A DNA stretch of 28,077 nucleotides from a virus, in the UHGV virus genome UHGV-0119843. One strand, 5' to 3'. The notes under the pieces were generated by a model, which made no database searches, had not been told where the DNA came from, and saw only the letters and a program-made list of their open reading frames with translations. Of the stretch, positions 1 through 9,713 are shown in pieces (the stretch's first letter is position 1; each line of letters opens with the position of its first letter). A program made the position numbers and the translations under genes.

Positions 1-98
1 CCTAGCTATGATATGCTTGTCGAATGATATTCGTTCCTCTACATAATCCTGCGCGACCTTATGATTTCACGAATTTTTTGTTTAATGGGACCAACAGC

Positions 99-953
99 AT
101 GAAGATTATCACATTGTTTTTCCTACTTTTATTTTCATTTACTTCATCAAATGCTAAGGAGGTTCGCAATATGATAATAATTTGCTGGGGTGACTCATTA
201 ACGTATGGGGTTGGTTCACAAAGTGGCAACAGCTATCCTGATCTTCTCAGAAAAAATGGTTACGACGTGATAAAAAAGGGGTATCCCGGACAATCTTCAA
301 GCGATATAGCGATGAGGCAAGGGGGCTATTCTCCAATAATCAAAACATTACTTATATCGACTGGCGTTTATAAAGTTACATCTATGGAGCCATCAGGTGA
401 CTTCCGTAAATATAAAGAGATGAGTTTCTATGGGACATTGGAAGGAAAGCCTGTCATCCTATCTCGAGGAGTCGATGGGTCATGGTCAGTTAACTCCTCG
501 ACAGATATAAACTGTGGAAGTGGATGCCGATTTATTACAAAAGAGGGTTCAGAGGCTAAGGATGCTGTAAACATTATTTGGGTTGGCAGAAATAATAATC
601 TCGCATTTCCTCGGTTCGCCGAGAGAGATATTGATTTGATTGTAACTTCTCTTCCCAGAGGGAATAGATTCATTATCGTCGGAATAACGCCATCAAGAAC
701 TGACTCAGAAGAAAACATTAAGGCAATAAAAACTATTAATTCCAGACTAAGCATGCGTTATGGGTCAAGATTCATCGATATGTGGCGTATTCTTAGCTCC
801 GAAGGTATCAAACTTGCAGGAATTTCCCCTTCTCAAGATGACAAAGATGCGTCATCAAATGGGTTAATTCCCCCATCTTTATACAGTGATGGGATACATT
901 TTAATGACAATGGGTATAAAGCAATATCTCTGATTATAGAAAGATATATTTAA
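99..953 (+). CDS. Secreted SGNH/GDSL-family hydrolase (esterase/lipase-like), probable prophage cargo gene
   Basis: GDSL block I motif CWGDSLTYG near N-terminus, GRNNN block and C-terminal DGIHFN (Dxx H block V); signal-peptide-like MKIITLFFLLLFSFTSSNA from ATG 99; alternative ATG 171 preceded by AAGGAGG (156-162); visibly AT-rich relative to neighbouring phage genes. Confidence 0.6.
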   Translation: MKIITLFFLLLFSFTSSNAKEVRNMIIICWGDSLTYGVGSQSGNSYPDLLRKNGYDVIKKGYPGQSSSDIAMRQGGYSPIIKTLLISTGVYKVTSMEPSGDFRKYKEMSFYGTLEGKPVILSRGVDGSWSVNSSTDINCGSGCRFITKEGSEAKDAVNIIWVGRNNNLAFPRFAERDIDLIVTSLPRGNRFIIVGITPSRTDSEENIKAIKTINSRLSMRYGSRFIDMWRILSSEGIKLAGISPSQDDKDASSNGLIPPSLYSDGIHFNDNGYKAISLIIERYI

Positions 954-959
954 CAAAAA

Positions 960-975
960 GGGCGGAATACCGCCC
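960..975 (-). terminator. Intrinsic terminator hairpin (GGGCGG-AATA-CCGCCC) between convergent GDSL gene and tailspike; T-run on minus strand
   Basis: Perfect 6-bp GC stem 960-965/970-975 flanked by A-run 954-959 on plus strand (U-run for the minus-strand tailspike transcript). Confidence 0.55.
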
Positions 976-979
976 ATCA

Positions 980-3193
980 TTAAAGAATGCTTGTAATTAC
1001 TCCAGATATAGAGAATTTAGTAGTTTGCCCGCCCGCGTCCTCGCCGCGGCATGTGACAGATGCCCTAGATGCTGTAGCGCCAAACAGTACATCAACACCT
1101 GTTGTGGCGTTGTACTGAGGGTAGCTATTCACAAGAGAAACAGTGTCAATTGATTGATTGGTCATGTCTGTAGACGCCCTTCCAACTCGCTTCAATATTC
1201 CTGGAACAACGCCTGATTGTCTACGGCAAACAATGTTTAAATCGAATATATATCCGTCATAACCAAAAGCAGATGGTACAAGAGCAAGGCGAAGTGCATC
1301 AGCTGCTGCTGCGCCGGCTGCCAGTTCGAAATATAAACCGGTAAACTCCATACGAGCAAAGTTTTTATCAGTTAATGTTGTATCGTACGTTCTTGATACA
1401 AAGAGAGATGACAATGAAAATGCACCATTTAATGTGATTTTGTTTTGCGCCCTTGTGCTTTGGTGGATCTTAATATCAGGACAGTTGTACAGGTCAAAGC
1501 TTGTATTTACTGCACCAGCCTTATCAAAGACGTTAACTTGAATGGAGAAGTTAGTGTTGTTGTCATGGATAGAAATTGTTGATGCTCTGTCAGCATAATC
1601 TACCTGAACGGTGGGATTAGATTGAATTATGCTGCAACCATGCACTTCAACGCCCATGACAAGTCCTGTTATGAAAACCTTAGATTGCTCAGCATATAAT
1701 CCGTGTATTTCAGTGCCACTACTATTACCTACATATATAATTCCAACCTCGACTGTACCTGAGAGCTCAGTTCCATACACCTGAAGATATGCTGCTCCCC
1801 CCATAGTATGGGCATAAACCAGAGCAGAGTCGAGGGTCAATGTATTTCCTGAAATTGCAGTTATGTATTTAGCTTCAAGAGTTCCACCCTCAATTGCAAT
1901 AACGTCAAATATTGAAAGCCCAGCTGCTGATGTTACTTGTATAGTGGTATCGCCAGCCGAAGCGGCAGCGGAAAGAGTTGTTCTTGGGCCATGAATAGAT
2001 ACAGAAATCTGTTTATCATTGGATCCTCCTATATATCCCTTAAGCTTGGCAGCATTGTTCCTTACCCTTACCGAATTTTTGGTAACGGTAGTTCCATTAG
2101 TTCTTCCTTGCGTGTGGCCATGCCAATTACAAACAAGCCCGCAGATATCTACATTAGAAAGCCTATGCCCTACAGATTTATATGACAGGTCAGCATAGTG
2201 AGCAGTAGATACAGTTCTTGAAGATGCTGAATCACCCTTGTTAGCTATATCACCATCGATAAGAAAACCTCCTACGCTTTGGTAGAAATGCTCACGGTCT
2301 TTCGTTCTATCCCTAGGGTCGATTCCAATGTGATGCATAGATATCCCGGTTGTTGTGGAGATCAGGGTTGTTAAGTCCCAACCGGCGCCGCCAAAGGAAA
2401 AGTAGCGCTTATCAACATCGAGGGTAAATGCACCAATACTATACTTCCCTGCCGGGAATGACAGACTACGTACATTTTCCTGCGCACGAGCAACGCGGTT
2501 CCCCTCATCAACTGCAGCTACGTTTTCAACATCAGTGCCGCCGAACTCGAATGATGCATAGTTCATGTCAGGGAAACATACCAGATTGGCGTATTTACCT
2601 GCGGGCAACGTCAGGCTAAAAGTATTCAGATCCTGATTGGAGGAAATAACCCATTCTGATACGTTTTTTACTCCTTTCCCGTTCACGTACGTTCTGACGT
2701 GCATTCCATCTGGTACGCCACTAAAGTCTGTTTCCAGTAACTGTGTTACAGTTTCTATAGTGTAAATACGTCGAGACAAGGCGTTAGCAACGGTAGCGTC
2801 TAATGGGTCACCAACAAGAATTGATCCTGTACTCTCTCCGAGTCTTTGCTCAAGGCGATCAGGGTCATACTTCAGCACATTAGGAAAATAGAACTGCTGC
2901 GAACCATACGCATCATAAACAGCCATAGAATGGCCTTGCACGGTAACGAATTTGGCAATCTGTCCGTTATGTACCGGATATCCAGCAGCGTTAATGATTA
3001 TTGGTTGCGAAACAGGGACGTGAGAACCGTCTTCGTTCTCTACATAAACCTGAATCTGGTTTTCAGGATTTACTGGGTCAGTGTCAATTTTTCCGATATA
3101 AATTTTGCCATTGGCTACGGCTTTAAAAGAACGCGCCATAGTGAAGAGTTGCGAAGGCATGCTTACCACAACATTGGCTGTAATGTCTGTCAT
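980..3193 (-). CDS. Tailspike protein (P22 gene 9 family) with conserved N-terminal head-binding domain and divergent receptor-binding domain
   Basis: 737-aa ORF; N-terminal ~110 aa ([11 protein letters not shown]...[31 protein letters not shown]...[15 protein letters not shown]...NVLKYDPD) matches the P22 tailspike head-binding domain from memory; remainder not P22-like; ATG at 3193 with GGAG upstream. Confidence 0.9.
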   Translation of the reverse strand: MTDITANVVVSMPSQLFTMARSFKAVANGKIYIGKIDTDPVNPENQIQVYVENEDGSHVPVSQPIIINAAGYPVHNGQIAKFVTVQGHSMAVYDAYGSQQFYFPNVLKYDPDRLEQRLGESTGSILVGDPLDATVANALSRRIYTIETVTQLLETDFSGVPDGMHVRTYVNGKGVKNVSEWVISSNQDLNTFSLTLPAGKYANLVCFPDMNYASFEFGGTDVENVAAVDEGNRVARAQENVRSLSFPAGKYSIGAFTLDVDKRYFSFGGAGWDLTTLISTTTGISMHHIGIDPRDRTKDREHFYQSVGGFLIDGDIANKGDSASSRTVSTAHYADLSYKSVGHRLSNVDICGLVCNWHGHTQGRTNGTTVTKNSVRVRNNAAKLKGYIGGSNDKQISVSIHGPRTTLSAAASAGDTTIQVTSAAGLSIFDVIAIEGGTLEAKYITAISGNTLTLDSALVYAHTMGGAAYLQVYGTELSGTVEVGIIYVGNSSGTEIHGLYAEQSKVFITGLVMGVEVHGCSIIQSNPTVQVDYADRASTISIHDNNTNFSIQVNVFDKAGAVNTSFDLYNCPDIKIHQSTRAQNKITLNGAFSLSSLFVSRTYDTTLTDKNFARMEFTGLYFELAAGAAAADALRLALVPSAFGYDGYIFDLNIVCRRQSGVVPGILKRVGRASTDMTNQSIDTVSLVNSYPQYNATTGVDVLFGATASRASVTCRGEDAGGQTTKFSISGVITSIL

Positions 3194-3250
3194 TTAATTT
3201 GCTCCAGATACAAGGAATCGCCGCAGCGTGGCCACGGTGAATTTTGGGCA

Positions 3251-3275
3251 TAAAAAAACCCAGCCGAAGCTGGGT
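3251..3275 (-). terminator. Rho-independent terminator downstream of ant
   Basis: Hairpin ACCCAGC-CGAA-GCTGGGT (3258-3275) followed on the minus strand by a 7-nt U-run (plus-strand A-run 3252-3258). Confidence 0.6.
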
Positions 3276-3293
3276 CGTTGCGTTGGTTATCTG

Positions 3294-4172
3294 TCAGTAG
3301 TTATGTACTGAAGGAGGTAATTCTTTATTCTTAAGTCTCATCCATGCGGAAAGATTCGTTGGTCCGTCTGGCTCATTGATATCAACATCTCGTGTGTGGT
3401 TTATTAAAACGTCTCTCGCCATTCCAATAACATACGAGAACTCATGACCGTAGTCGTAGCATCTGCCGGAATAGTTCGATTGAATTTGTTTTAATGCCGG
3501 ATACAGTTCGCTGAATAATGCCTGTGAACGGTTAGCATAATCCCATAGCCATACAAGGCTGTTTGCTTCTTTTGCAGAAAGCTCGTTGGTTTTCTTCTCT
3601 TGTTTGCCAATGAACTCACCTTCAAGCACTACCCTGTGGATGTACTCTACGGCCAGCGGGATTTGTTCAATTGAAAGTTCATCAATGCTGTCAATACCAA
3701 AACGCTGATGAACCATATTGTATGCATCGTCATAGCGAAGTCCTTTCTTTCCTACCAGCATGTTTACTGCATCGCGTAGCGGTGTTCTTTCCTCAACAGT
3801 GGTTTTCTTTCCTTTTACATACTCGCCATGTTTGCGAATTGAAGGCAGAACTTCTGCTGTTACCCACTTGCGGAATTTGTGCGGGACTGAACCTTTATTG
3901 ACTGCATCGCGGCAGCGCAGAACCAATGTATACATACCTGATTCGCTCACAATGCTTAGATTCTGCTCACCACCAAGGGTGTAACTTAAAGTTACTCCCT
4001 TTTCATCGTCATCAAGTGCAGTAAGCGCCTTGCGTGAGTTAGTCAAATCTAAAGCATCACAAACATCTTTAGCTACAAACCACGGCTCACCGCACTTGTT
4101 GATGACGCGGATTTCACTGTCGCCGAATTTGAAGATGGTGAAATCGTTTTGTGCCTTTGCTATACTTTTCAT
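3294..4172 (-). CDS. ant: Antirepressor Ant (BRO-N domain N-terminus)
   Basis: 292-aa ORF directly downstream of arc on the same strand; N-terminus contains the BRO-N/AntA hallmark ...[16 protein letters not shown]...; position matches P22 immI arc-ant operon. Confidence 0.8.
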   Translation of the reverse strand: MKSIAKAQNDFTIFKFGDSEIRVINKCGEPWFVAKDVCDALDLTNSRKALTALDDDEKGVTLSYTLGGEQNLSIVSESGMYTLVLRCRDAVNKGSVPHKFRKWVTAEVLPSIRKHGEYVKGKKTTVEERTPLRDAVNMLVGKKGLRYDDAYNMVHQRFGIDSIDELSIEQIPLAVEYIHRVVLEGEFIGKQEKKTNELSAKEANSLVWLWDYANRSQALFSELYPALKQIQSNYSGRCYDYGHEFSYVIGMARDVLINHTRDVDINEPDGPTNLSAWMRLKNKELPPSVHNY

Positions 4173-4242
4173 GTCAATATTTCCTAATCCGATTTGTTGA
4201 TGCCGAAGCCCTGACTGTTACAGCAGTTGGGGCTTCAACTTT
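4173..4242 (+). ncRNA. sar: Candidate sar-like antisense RNA (antisense to ant RBS/arc-ant spacer)
   Basis: Plus-strand extended -10 TGcTATACT at 4158-4166 inside the ant 5' end, followed ~70 nt later by hairpin GAAGCCC...GGGCTTC (4205-4236) and AACUUUA; size matches the ~69-nt P22 sar RNA; boundaries inferred, not verified. Confidence 0.35.
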
Positions 4243-4402
4243 ACGCACCAATGCGCCCTTCCTTCTTAAAGCTTTCCATTACTCGCTGATAAATCTCAGA
4301 ATTAACAGACCGACCATTTTCTTCCGCCACCTTGCGTACCAAATCCAAAACTTCTTTAGGCCACCGCAAATTGAACTGTGGCATTTTGCTCATTCCTTTC
4401 AT
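4241..4402 (-). CDS. arc: Arc repressor (ribbon-helix-helix)
   Basis: 53-aa product MKGMSKMPQFNLRWPKEVLDLVRKVAEENGRSVNSEIYQRVMESFKKEGRIGA is essentially the P22 Arc sequence; ATG at 4402 with GAGGTG SD; the ORF-track N-terminal extension runs into the operator and is not used. Confidence 0.95.
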   Translation of the reverse strand: MKGMSKMPQFNLRWPKEVLDLVRKVAEENGRSVNSEIYQRVMESFKKEGRIGA

Positions 4403-4418
4403 GTTCACCTCACAATAT

Positions 4419-4435
4419 AGGTCCACGGTGGACCT
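4419..4435. promoter_or_regulatory. Mnt operator (Omnt), perfect 17-bp dyad AGGTCCACGGTGGACCT
   Basis: Exact palindrome read in sequence; matches the P22 Mnt operator as recalled; positioned at the predicted Pant transcription start. Confidence 0.8.
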
Positions 4436-4470
4436 ATTGAGAATATAGTAGAGTGCTTCTATCATGTCAA
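4436..4470 (-). promoter_or_regulatory. Pant-like promoter (-35 TTGACA at 4470-4465, 17-bp spacer, -10 TATATT at 4447-4442) driving arc-ant
   Basis: Consensus -35 and 5/6 -10 on minus strand with 17-bp spacing; Arc operator lies between/over the hexamers and Omnt at the start site, as in P22 immI. Confidence 0.5.
4445..4465. promoter_or_regulatory. Arc operator (Oarc), 21 bp ATGATAGAAGCACTCTACTAT (read on minus strand)
   Basis: Plus-strand ATAGTAGAGTGCTTCTATCAT is the reverse complement of the P22 arc operator sequence as recalled. Confidence 0.8.
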
Positions 4471-4492
4471 TACACTAACTTGGAGTGATGGC

Positions 4493-4744
4493 ATGGCTAG
4501 AGATGATCCGCACTTTAACTTCCGTATGCCTATGGAAGTAAGGGAGAAATTAAAATTCAGGGCGGGGGCGAATGGGAGATCAATGAACTCCGAGTTGTTA
4601 CAAATCGTCCAAGATGCTCTATCAAAACCATCGCCTGTGACTGGATATCGCGACGATGCAGAACGACTCGCTGATGAGCAGTCAGAGCTTGTTAAGAAGA
4701 TGGTGTTTGATACGCTGAAGGATTTGTACAAAAAACCCACCTGA
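4493..4744 (+). CDS. mnt: Mnt repressor (maintenance of lysogeny; represses Pant)
   Basis: 83-aa product MARDDPHFNFRMPMEVREKLKFRA.ANGRSMNSELLQIVQDALSKPSPVTGYR.DAERLADEQSELVKKMVFDTLKDLYKK.T matches P22 Mnt; GGAG 7 nt upstream of ATG 4493; divergent from arc. Confidence 0.95.
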   Translation: MARDDPHFNFRMPMEVREKLKFRAGANGRSMNSELLQIVQDALSKPSPVTGYRDDAERLADEQSELVKKMVFDTLKDLYKKPT

Positions 4745-4751
4745 AGGTGGG
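4736..4751. terminator. Bidirectional terminator hairpin between convergent mnt and lipoprotein gene
   Basis: CCCACC-TGAA-GGTGGG stem-loop (mnt stop codon in the loop) flanked by A-run 4730-4735 and U-rich TCCTATTTATT 4752-4762. Confidence 0.65.
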
Positions 4752-4760
4752 TCCTATTTA

Positions 4761-5180
4761 TTAGTCTTGCTTTGTTGATGGTATAAGAGATGCGTTTGCC
4801 TCTTTTGGCTTCAAGGTATACATCCCACCATTAAAAGGATCTACAGCAAGCCAACCAATTAACCCACCAAACACAAGGTTTCCACCAATATACCAACCAT
4901 TAGCATTGGCTTTGATTGGCAGGGTAACTGGTTCGTACCCATCCTTTTCCATAGTGATCTGGTAGCTCTTTTTGCCAAAATAACTACCATCTGACTTGGC
5001 AAGAGTTACTCCTTGCGGGGTCTTGCCTTGCGCAACAATCACGCCTGATTCGTCTTTTACTTTAAAGCTCGCACCGGAAGGATTGCTGTTCACTTGCACG
5101 AGCTGTGTTTCGTCACCAACAATAGTTGCGCACCCAGATAACAATATAGCGCCAGCAACAACGCCGATAATCCTCTTCAT
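4761..5180 (-). CDS. Lipoprotein with PEGA-like beta domain and C-terminal glycine-rich hydrophobic segment; occupies the sieA position (candidate superinfection-exclusion/cargo protein)
   Basis: Signal peptide plus lipobox MKRIIGVVAGAILLSGC from ATG 5180; NPSGASF...GKTPQG...EKDGYEP pattern resembles PEGA domains; GWYIGGNLVFGGLIGWL glycine-zipper-like tail; function inferred from locus only. Confidence 0.6.
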   Translation of the reverse strand: MKRIIGVVAGAILLSGCATIVGDETQLVQVNSNPSGASFKVKDESGVIVAQGKTPQGVTLAKSDGSYFGKKSYQITMEKDGYEPVTLPIKANANGWYIGGNLVFGGLIGWLAVDPFNGGMYTLKPKEANASLIPSTKQD

Positions 5181-5298
5181 ATCAATTTCCATATTTGAAA
5201 AAACCGGAAACATCCTAATGACAAACCATTCAAATGTGAAGTAGGCAAAAGATGTTTACTTTTTTCATGGTATCCTGCTCAAAACTAAGGAGGTTGGT

Positions 5299-5622
5299 GT
5301 GTATACAACAGTTATCGTGATAGCTATCGCACTCATTGTGGTTCAGTACCAACTGGCATCTTTAAAACAAAAGATATCTGACCTCAAGACTGAGAACGAA
5401 GCACTTAAAAACTCAATAAAAGATGAGAAGAACAAACTATCATTCACTATATCTGATGTTGAGCAATCCATTGAAATTATTGAGAATAATATTAACAGAC
5501 TAAAAAAAGAAGATATTCATGAAATCAATGACAATATCAAGGATTTGAAATCTTGGCTTAGGAATGTAGGACAAATCGCCACATCAACACGAGATAAGCT
5601 CAATCCATCCATGGATGATTAA
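5299..5622 (+). CDS. Small single-pass membrane protein with long coiled-coil (hypothetical; moron in the sieA-position locus)
   Basis: 107-aa ORF with GTG start 5 nt after AAGGAGG (5287-5293); N-terminal hydrophobic helix YTTVIVIAIALIVVQY then heptad-like K/E/N-rich segment; very AT-rich; stop codon abuts gp16 stop. Confidence 0.55.
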   Translation: MYTTVIVIAIALIVVQYQLASLKQKISDLKTENEALKNSIKDEKNKLSFTISDVEQSIEIIENNINRLKKEDIHEINDNIKDLKSWLRNVGQIATSTRDKLNPSMDD

Positions 5623-7734
5623 TTACTCCTGTGCTATTCCGCTTAGCGACGCTACAATGCCAGCCCTCGCTAAGCGATTGAACTCTTCGTTTCCAACTGC
5701 ATCACGTATTGCTTTTACGGCGGCTTTATTTGCCATAAATCTGCGTTCCGCCGCCGCTAATGCTTCTTTACTTCCGCCAGCTCTTACTGCTTTCGTGGCT
5801 TCCTGAACTGCTTTCTCTATCGCATATCTGCCGCTACGCGTGGTGGCAATTTTAGATACAGCACCTTTTAACCCGGCGCCAACTAAAGCACCTGCGGCAG
5901 CGCCTGCAATGCCCCCTCCTGCTCCACCAACAATGGCACCTGATGTTGAGTTGGCAATTGCATTTAACACTGTTGATGTGACGTTGGATAAACCGGCATC
6001 CAGATCGCGTAGTACATTGGCAGTTCTCCCTGTTCTTTCAATATACTGCTGAGGTTTCACTGCTGCTCTTGCAAGAGTGCCATATGCATCAGCAATTCTT
6101 CCGAGTTCTGAGGAATATCTGCTAATGGCTTTTACATTTTGTGGGGTAAGTATCCCTGCGATATGGTTAATTCCTGCTGCATCAGCTTTGCCACCACGTA
6201 CACCATGCGAGATAGCATCTTGCAACATTGATGATATAGCAGGAACACGCTCTGATTCTGGCAGCGCGCGGATCATAGAATGGAACCCAGCAGGACCATT
6301 AAGACCTTTAGCTGACGATGATTGAAGGGATTTTACTCCATTCGTAATCAGTGCATCTGTTGCCAAATCACGCCCGAAAACAGACTCTGCACTCTCTTGT
6401 GCTGATAACCTCGCTTTAGACAGATCATTAGCTTTCTGCCAGTCATCAAGAAATCCGCCGTTTTCCGCCATTGTGCGCATATCATCAGTAATTGCCCGGC
6501 GTATTTCCCCTGCTCTCCTTGCCGCATTTGCCTCTCCGCTACGCTTATATTTTTGCTCCGCATCAGCAAATTTCGCTCTCCATGCTTTCATGCCATCAAA
6601 TGTTACTCCACCTTGATTGTTTGCCTGAACAAACTGTTTCATTTCAGGAGTAAGCGGTATGCCAGCAGATCGCTCTGCCTGAATAACGGCATTACCATTT
6701 AGCATTCTTGCTTTTTGATTTGGCATTGTTGACCGCACGTCATCCCATGCCGCGCGCTCGGCATCCTTCATCTGATCAAGATTTTGAAGAATCCTTTGTT
6801 TTATAGCCGCACTTTTTTCTGATGCCGTTCCAGATGCGGCCCCAAATTCATCAAGGTTTCGACTTAACTTTGATGATATTTCGTTAAATGCTGCCTGATG
6901 GGCGTCCTGAACAATTCCTGGCGTTGATGCCAATGCGCCTTCGGCTTGTGCAATTCCACGACTTCCAGATCGCATTCCTGGTGTTAATGCGTTTATATCA
7001 ATTCCAGCAGACTCAGCCGCTTTTGCTACATCTTCGGACACATTAGCGGCCTGACTGGCAATTGACTGACGCCCAGCACCTGACTTTGCCATCCTGGAAA
7101 CATCATTAGCAGAATTCAGTGCTGCACCACCAAGAGCCTGTGAAACCCTTGGCGCAATAACGCGCCCGACACCTGAAAGAACGCCTTGAGCACCAATATT
7201 GATACCACCGTTAATGGCAGCATTTTGTGCAAAGTCTCCCTCCTGATTTGCAGCATCAGCAAGAGAACCTGCAATCATGTTTCCTGCGGAACCGATATCT
7301 CCAGCGAGCTTTGCTGGCGCACCAGCAGCTTTTGCCGCTGTGCCAATTGGCAGGAGATACCCACCAATTGTTTCACCGGCTTGCGCATAAGGGTCTGTCG
7401 GTCGATCGACTGGACGATAGACATCATCCAAAACCTTTGGGCCACCAAGCCCCTGGCTGATTGCATTAATCAGACTTGCGCCACCCTGCAATACGTCAAA
7501 TGGTATGTTTACCAGACCACGACCAGCCTGTTCTGCAATTTGCCCTGCGCTTTGACCACCAGTGAGCCAGTCAGTGGCTTTTCCTACCAGAGATTGTTCT
7601 TCTGGCTGCGATTGGTTTTGAGTGGATTGATCACCAGAAGACAGCATCTGAGCAATGCGACGTGCTCCTTCTGTATCGCCTGCCGCATCAGCGTTCCTTA
7701 ATGCTGTCATCAACTGTTCACGACTATAGGCCAT
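5623..7734 (-). CDS. Ejection/DNA-transfer protein gp16 (P22 gene 16 family)
   Basis: ~700-aa Gly/Ala-rich ORF in the position of P22 gene 16 after gp20; ATG at 7734 overlaps gp20 stop (ATGA); ORF-track GTG one codon upstream. Confidence 0.85.
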   Translation of the reverse strand: MAYSREQLMTALRNADAAGDTEGARRIAQMLSSGDQSTQNQSQPEEQSLVGKATDWLTGGQSAGQIAEQAGRGLVNIPFDVLQGGASLINAISQGLGGPKVLDDVYRPVDRPTDPYAQAGETIGGYLLPIGTAAKAAGAPAKLAGDIGSAGNMIAGSLADAANQEGDFAQNAAINGGINIGAQGVLSGVGRVIAPRVSQALGGAALNSANDVSRMAKSGAGRQSIASQAANVSEDVAKAAESAGIDINALTPGMRSGSRGIAQAEGALASTPGIVQDAHQAAFNEISSKLSRNLDEFGAASGTASEKSAAIKQRILQNLDQMKDAERAAWDDVRSTMPNQKARMLNGNAVIQAERSAGIPLTPEMKQFVQANNQGGVTFDGMKAWRAKFADAEQKYKRSGEANAARRAGEIRRAITDDMRTMAENGGFLDDWQKANDLSKARLSAQESAESVFGRDLATDALITNGVKSLQSSSAKGLNGPAGFHSMIRALPESERVPAISSMLQDAISHGVRGGKADAAGINHIAGILTPQNVKAISRYSSELGRIADAYGTLARAAVKPQQYIERTGRTANVLRDLDAGLSNVTSTVLNAIANSTSGAIVGGAGGGIAGAAAGALVGAGLKGAVSKIATTRSGRYAIEKAVQEATKAVRAGGSKEALAAAERRFMANKAAVKAIRDAVGNEEFNRLARAGIVASLSGIAQE

Positions 7735-9008
7735 CACTGCCCTCCGAGATATTTATTAATCAGGTCATCATCAGAAAGCTGCTGTTGAGACGGTTGTATG
7801 TCCTTCCCGTATTTCTGTTGCATACGTTTCTGAGCCATCTCAGTGGTTTTTATGATTGTTTTGATAGCTGCTCTGGCTGATTTTTCAGACTGATTTGGGG
7901 ACAAACTACCAATAGCATCCATTACCTTTTGCCCCTCGGCATTACTTAAAGCCCCCATCCCTTTCATCTGCTGAATGCCAGATAAGAATCCCTGAGATTT
8001 CAGTGTGTCAACCAGAGTTTCTGTATCAGCAGCCTCTGTTCCTGGAATGAATCTACTCGATAGTGGGTTTAGGTTTGTTCCGAAATATCCCGTGAATCCT
8101 GGGCTATTAAGAACTTTTGTAGCCGTCTCTATCGTTCTGGAGAGATTATCCATTCCAGAGTTGTACGCATCGGCCTTATCTCGCTTTGCCTGCTCCATAG
8201 CTTGCTGATTCTGCAATCTCTTGTCCTGCAATTCAGCAAGTTTTAAGGCATTAGTTTCATTTGCGATGAGTCTGTCGTATTTCTTGTCCTCTAATTCCAT
8301 CCGACGAAGATTGACATTTTGTTGCGCAATATTGTTGCTTGCCCACCCTCTGGCATTTGTCATGTCATTATTACGGATTGTTTCGTTAATTCTTTGCTGC
8401 TCCTGCTGGCGACCAACCATCTTATCCTGATAATCCAGCATTTTATCCGGACCAACAGCCCCTAGCGTCATAGTAGTCAGCATGTGTGATAGCTGCTCTG
8501 GATTCTGAATACCTGTCTGAATCATCCAGTCAGCATTCGCCCCCACGCGATTTAACCTGTCCTTGTTGTCAGTAATGAATTTACTGTAGGCTTCCGGTCC
8601 CTGAGAAAGAGCGACGTTAGCCCTCATGGCTAAATCGCCCATATCGTTGCGTTGCTGCTCATTAAGACCGGAAAACGCCTGTTGTGCCTGTGCAACAAAC
8701 GCTGGATTTTCCTGGGCAAACTTAAATAGTCCCGATGGATCACCAGAAGCCCATGCATCAGCGTGAACCTTATTGAACGCACTAATAGCTTTCTGTTGCT
8801 GTTCCTGATTGTAAATATCAGCAACTCCAGCCAGACCACGTAACGCGGTCTGGCCAACGTTATTTACACCTGAGCGAGCCAGTTCATTGTTTTCGCGGAT
8901 CAGACCAAGCGTTGCGTTAATGTCGCTTGCCTTTGGCGCATTCTCATTTTGCGTACCGATGCCAGCCAGAAAACCACCAGAATTAATACCCTGTTGCCAC
9001 GTAGCCAT
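7734..9008 (-). CDS. Ejection protein gp20 (P22 gene 20 family)
   Basis: 424-aa ORF, N-terminus [18 protein letters not shown]..., conserved order 7-20-16. Confidence 0.85.
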   Translation of the reverse strand: MATWQQGINSGGFLAGIGTQNENAPKASDINATLGLIRENNELARSGVNNVGQTALRGLAGVADIYNQEQQQKAISAFNKVHADAWASGDPSGLFKFAQENPAFVAQAQQAFSGLNEQQRNDMGDLAMRANVALSQGPEAYSKFITDNKDRLNRVGANADWMIQTGIQNPEQLSHMLTTMTLGAVGPDKMLDYQDKMVGRQQEQQRINETIRNNDMTNARGWASNNIAQQNVNLRRMELEDKKYDRLIANETNALKLAELQDKRLQNQQAMEQAKRDKADAYNSGMDNLSRTIETATKVLNSPGFTGYFGTNLNPLSSRFIPGTEAADTETLVDTLKSQGFLSGIQQMKGMGALSNAEGQKVMDAIGSLSPNQSEKSARAAIKTIIKTTEMAQKRMQQKYGKDIQPSQQQLSDDDLINKYLGGQ

Positions 9009-9018
9009 TGATTAACCC

Positions 9019-9711
9019 TTAAAACAGTGAACCAAGCAGACCAAGACCAGCACCAATACCAGCACCCCACGGAGTTGATAGCTCGAGAGCACTGGCTATG
9101 CCACCACCCAAAAGCGCACCGGATGCAGCACCACTAACCCCCTGCTGCAATGCTGACGGTCGGTTGGCGTTTGCCGCAGCCAGCGCCGCGCTTTGCTGTG
9201 AAATCTGACTCATGTTGTTGGCATATGTTTGCCCGGCGTTTGCCTGCCCCTGAAGAGCGCCAAGACCGATATTTGCCAGGTTGTTGTAATTGTTCATTTG
9301 TCCAGATAGCCATTGCTGACCAAGCGTTGGTGCGATTGTTGCTAACTGATTACTGGTTGCGGTGGAACCCAATCCACCTGTTGCTTCCGCTGCCGCCAGA
9401 CTCTGATAGCGAGCCTGACCTGCAAGGTCTTTATACTGCTGAGAGTTGTAATACTGGTTAAGTGCCTGACCTTGCCCATCCAGAGACGATAAGTTCTCGA
9501 GGCTGCCGACATACTTCTCAGCCAGAGGAGTAAACGGCTTCAGGTTATTCATGATGGTGTTTAACTGCTGATTTTGCAGGTCTGCGGCATACTTCTGAGC
9601 TTCTGCGGCATACTTTGCACTTTTATCAGAGCTGCCACCTTTCCCGCCTTTTTCAGGGCAATAAGGTTCCTCGCCGCGCAGTTTGCTGCCCAGCTTAAAT
9701 GCATATAACAT
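9019..9711 (-). CDS. Ejection protein gp7 (P22 gene 7 family)
   Basis: 230-aa ORF starting MLYAFKLGSKLRGEEPYCPEKGGKGGS, matches P22 gp7 N-terminus as recalled; size matches. Confidence 0.85.
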   Translation of the reverse strand: MLYAFKLGSKLRGEEPYCPEKGGKGGSSDKSAKYAAEAQKYAADLQNQQLNTIMNNLKPFTPLAEKYVGSLENLSSLDGQGQALNQYYNSQQYKDLAGQARYQSLAAAEATGGLGSTATSNQLATIAPTLGQQWLSGQMNNYNNLANIGLGALQGQANAGQTYANNMSQISQQSAALAAANANRPSALQQGVSGAASGALLGGGIASALELSTPWGAGIGAGLGLLGSLF

Positions 9712-9713
9712 GG

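Noticed and set aside
428-754. 108-aa minus-strand ORF inside the GDSL hydrolase gene
   Set aside because: Lies entirely antisense within a better-supported coding region with motifs; no RBS or recognisable features
1937-3253. Plus-strand ORFs (82, 63 and 135 aa) antisense to the tailspike gene
   Set aside because: Fully embedded antisense in a conserved structural gene; typical spurious ORFs in GC-rich coding DNA
4403-4465. N-terminal extension of arc in the ORF track (MIEALYYILNRSTVDLYCEVN…)
   Set aside because: The extension is the translation of the Arc/Mnt operator and Pant region; Arc is known to be 53 aa starting at MKGMSK with its own SD
4462-4740. 92-aa minus-strand ORF antisense to mnt
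   Set aside because: Overlaps the well-recognised mnt gene on the opposite strand; no independent support
5840-7701. Several plus-strand ORFs (70-171 aa) within gene 16
   Set aside because: Antisense to a conserved ejection-protein gene; Ala/Pro-rich translations typical of antisense frames of GC-rich genes
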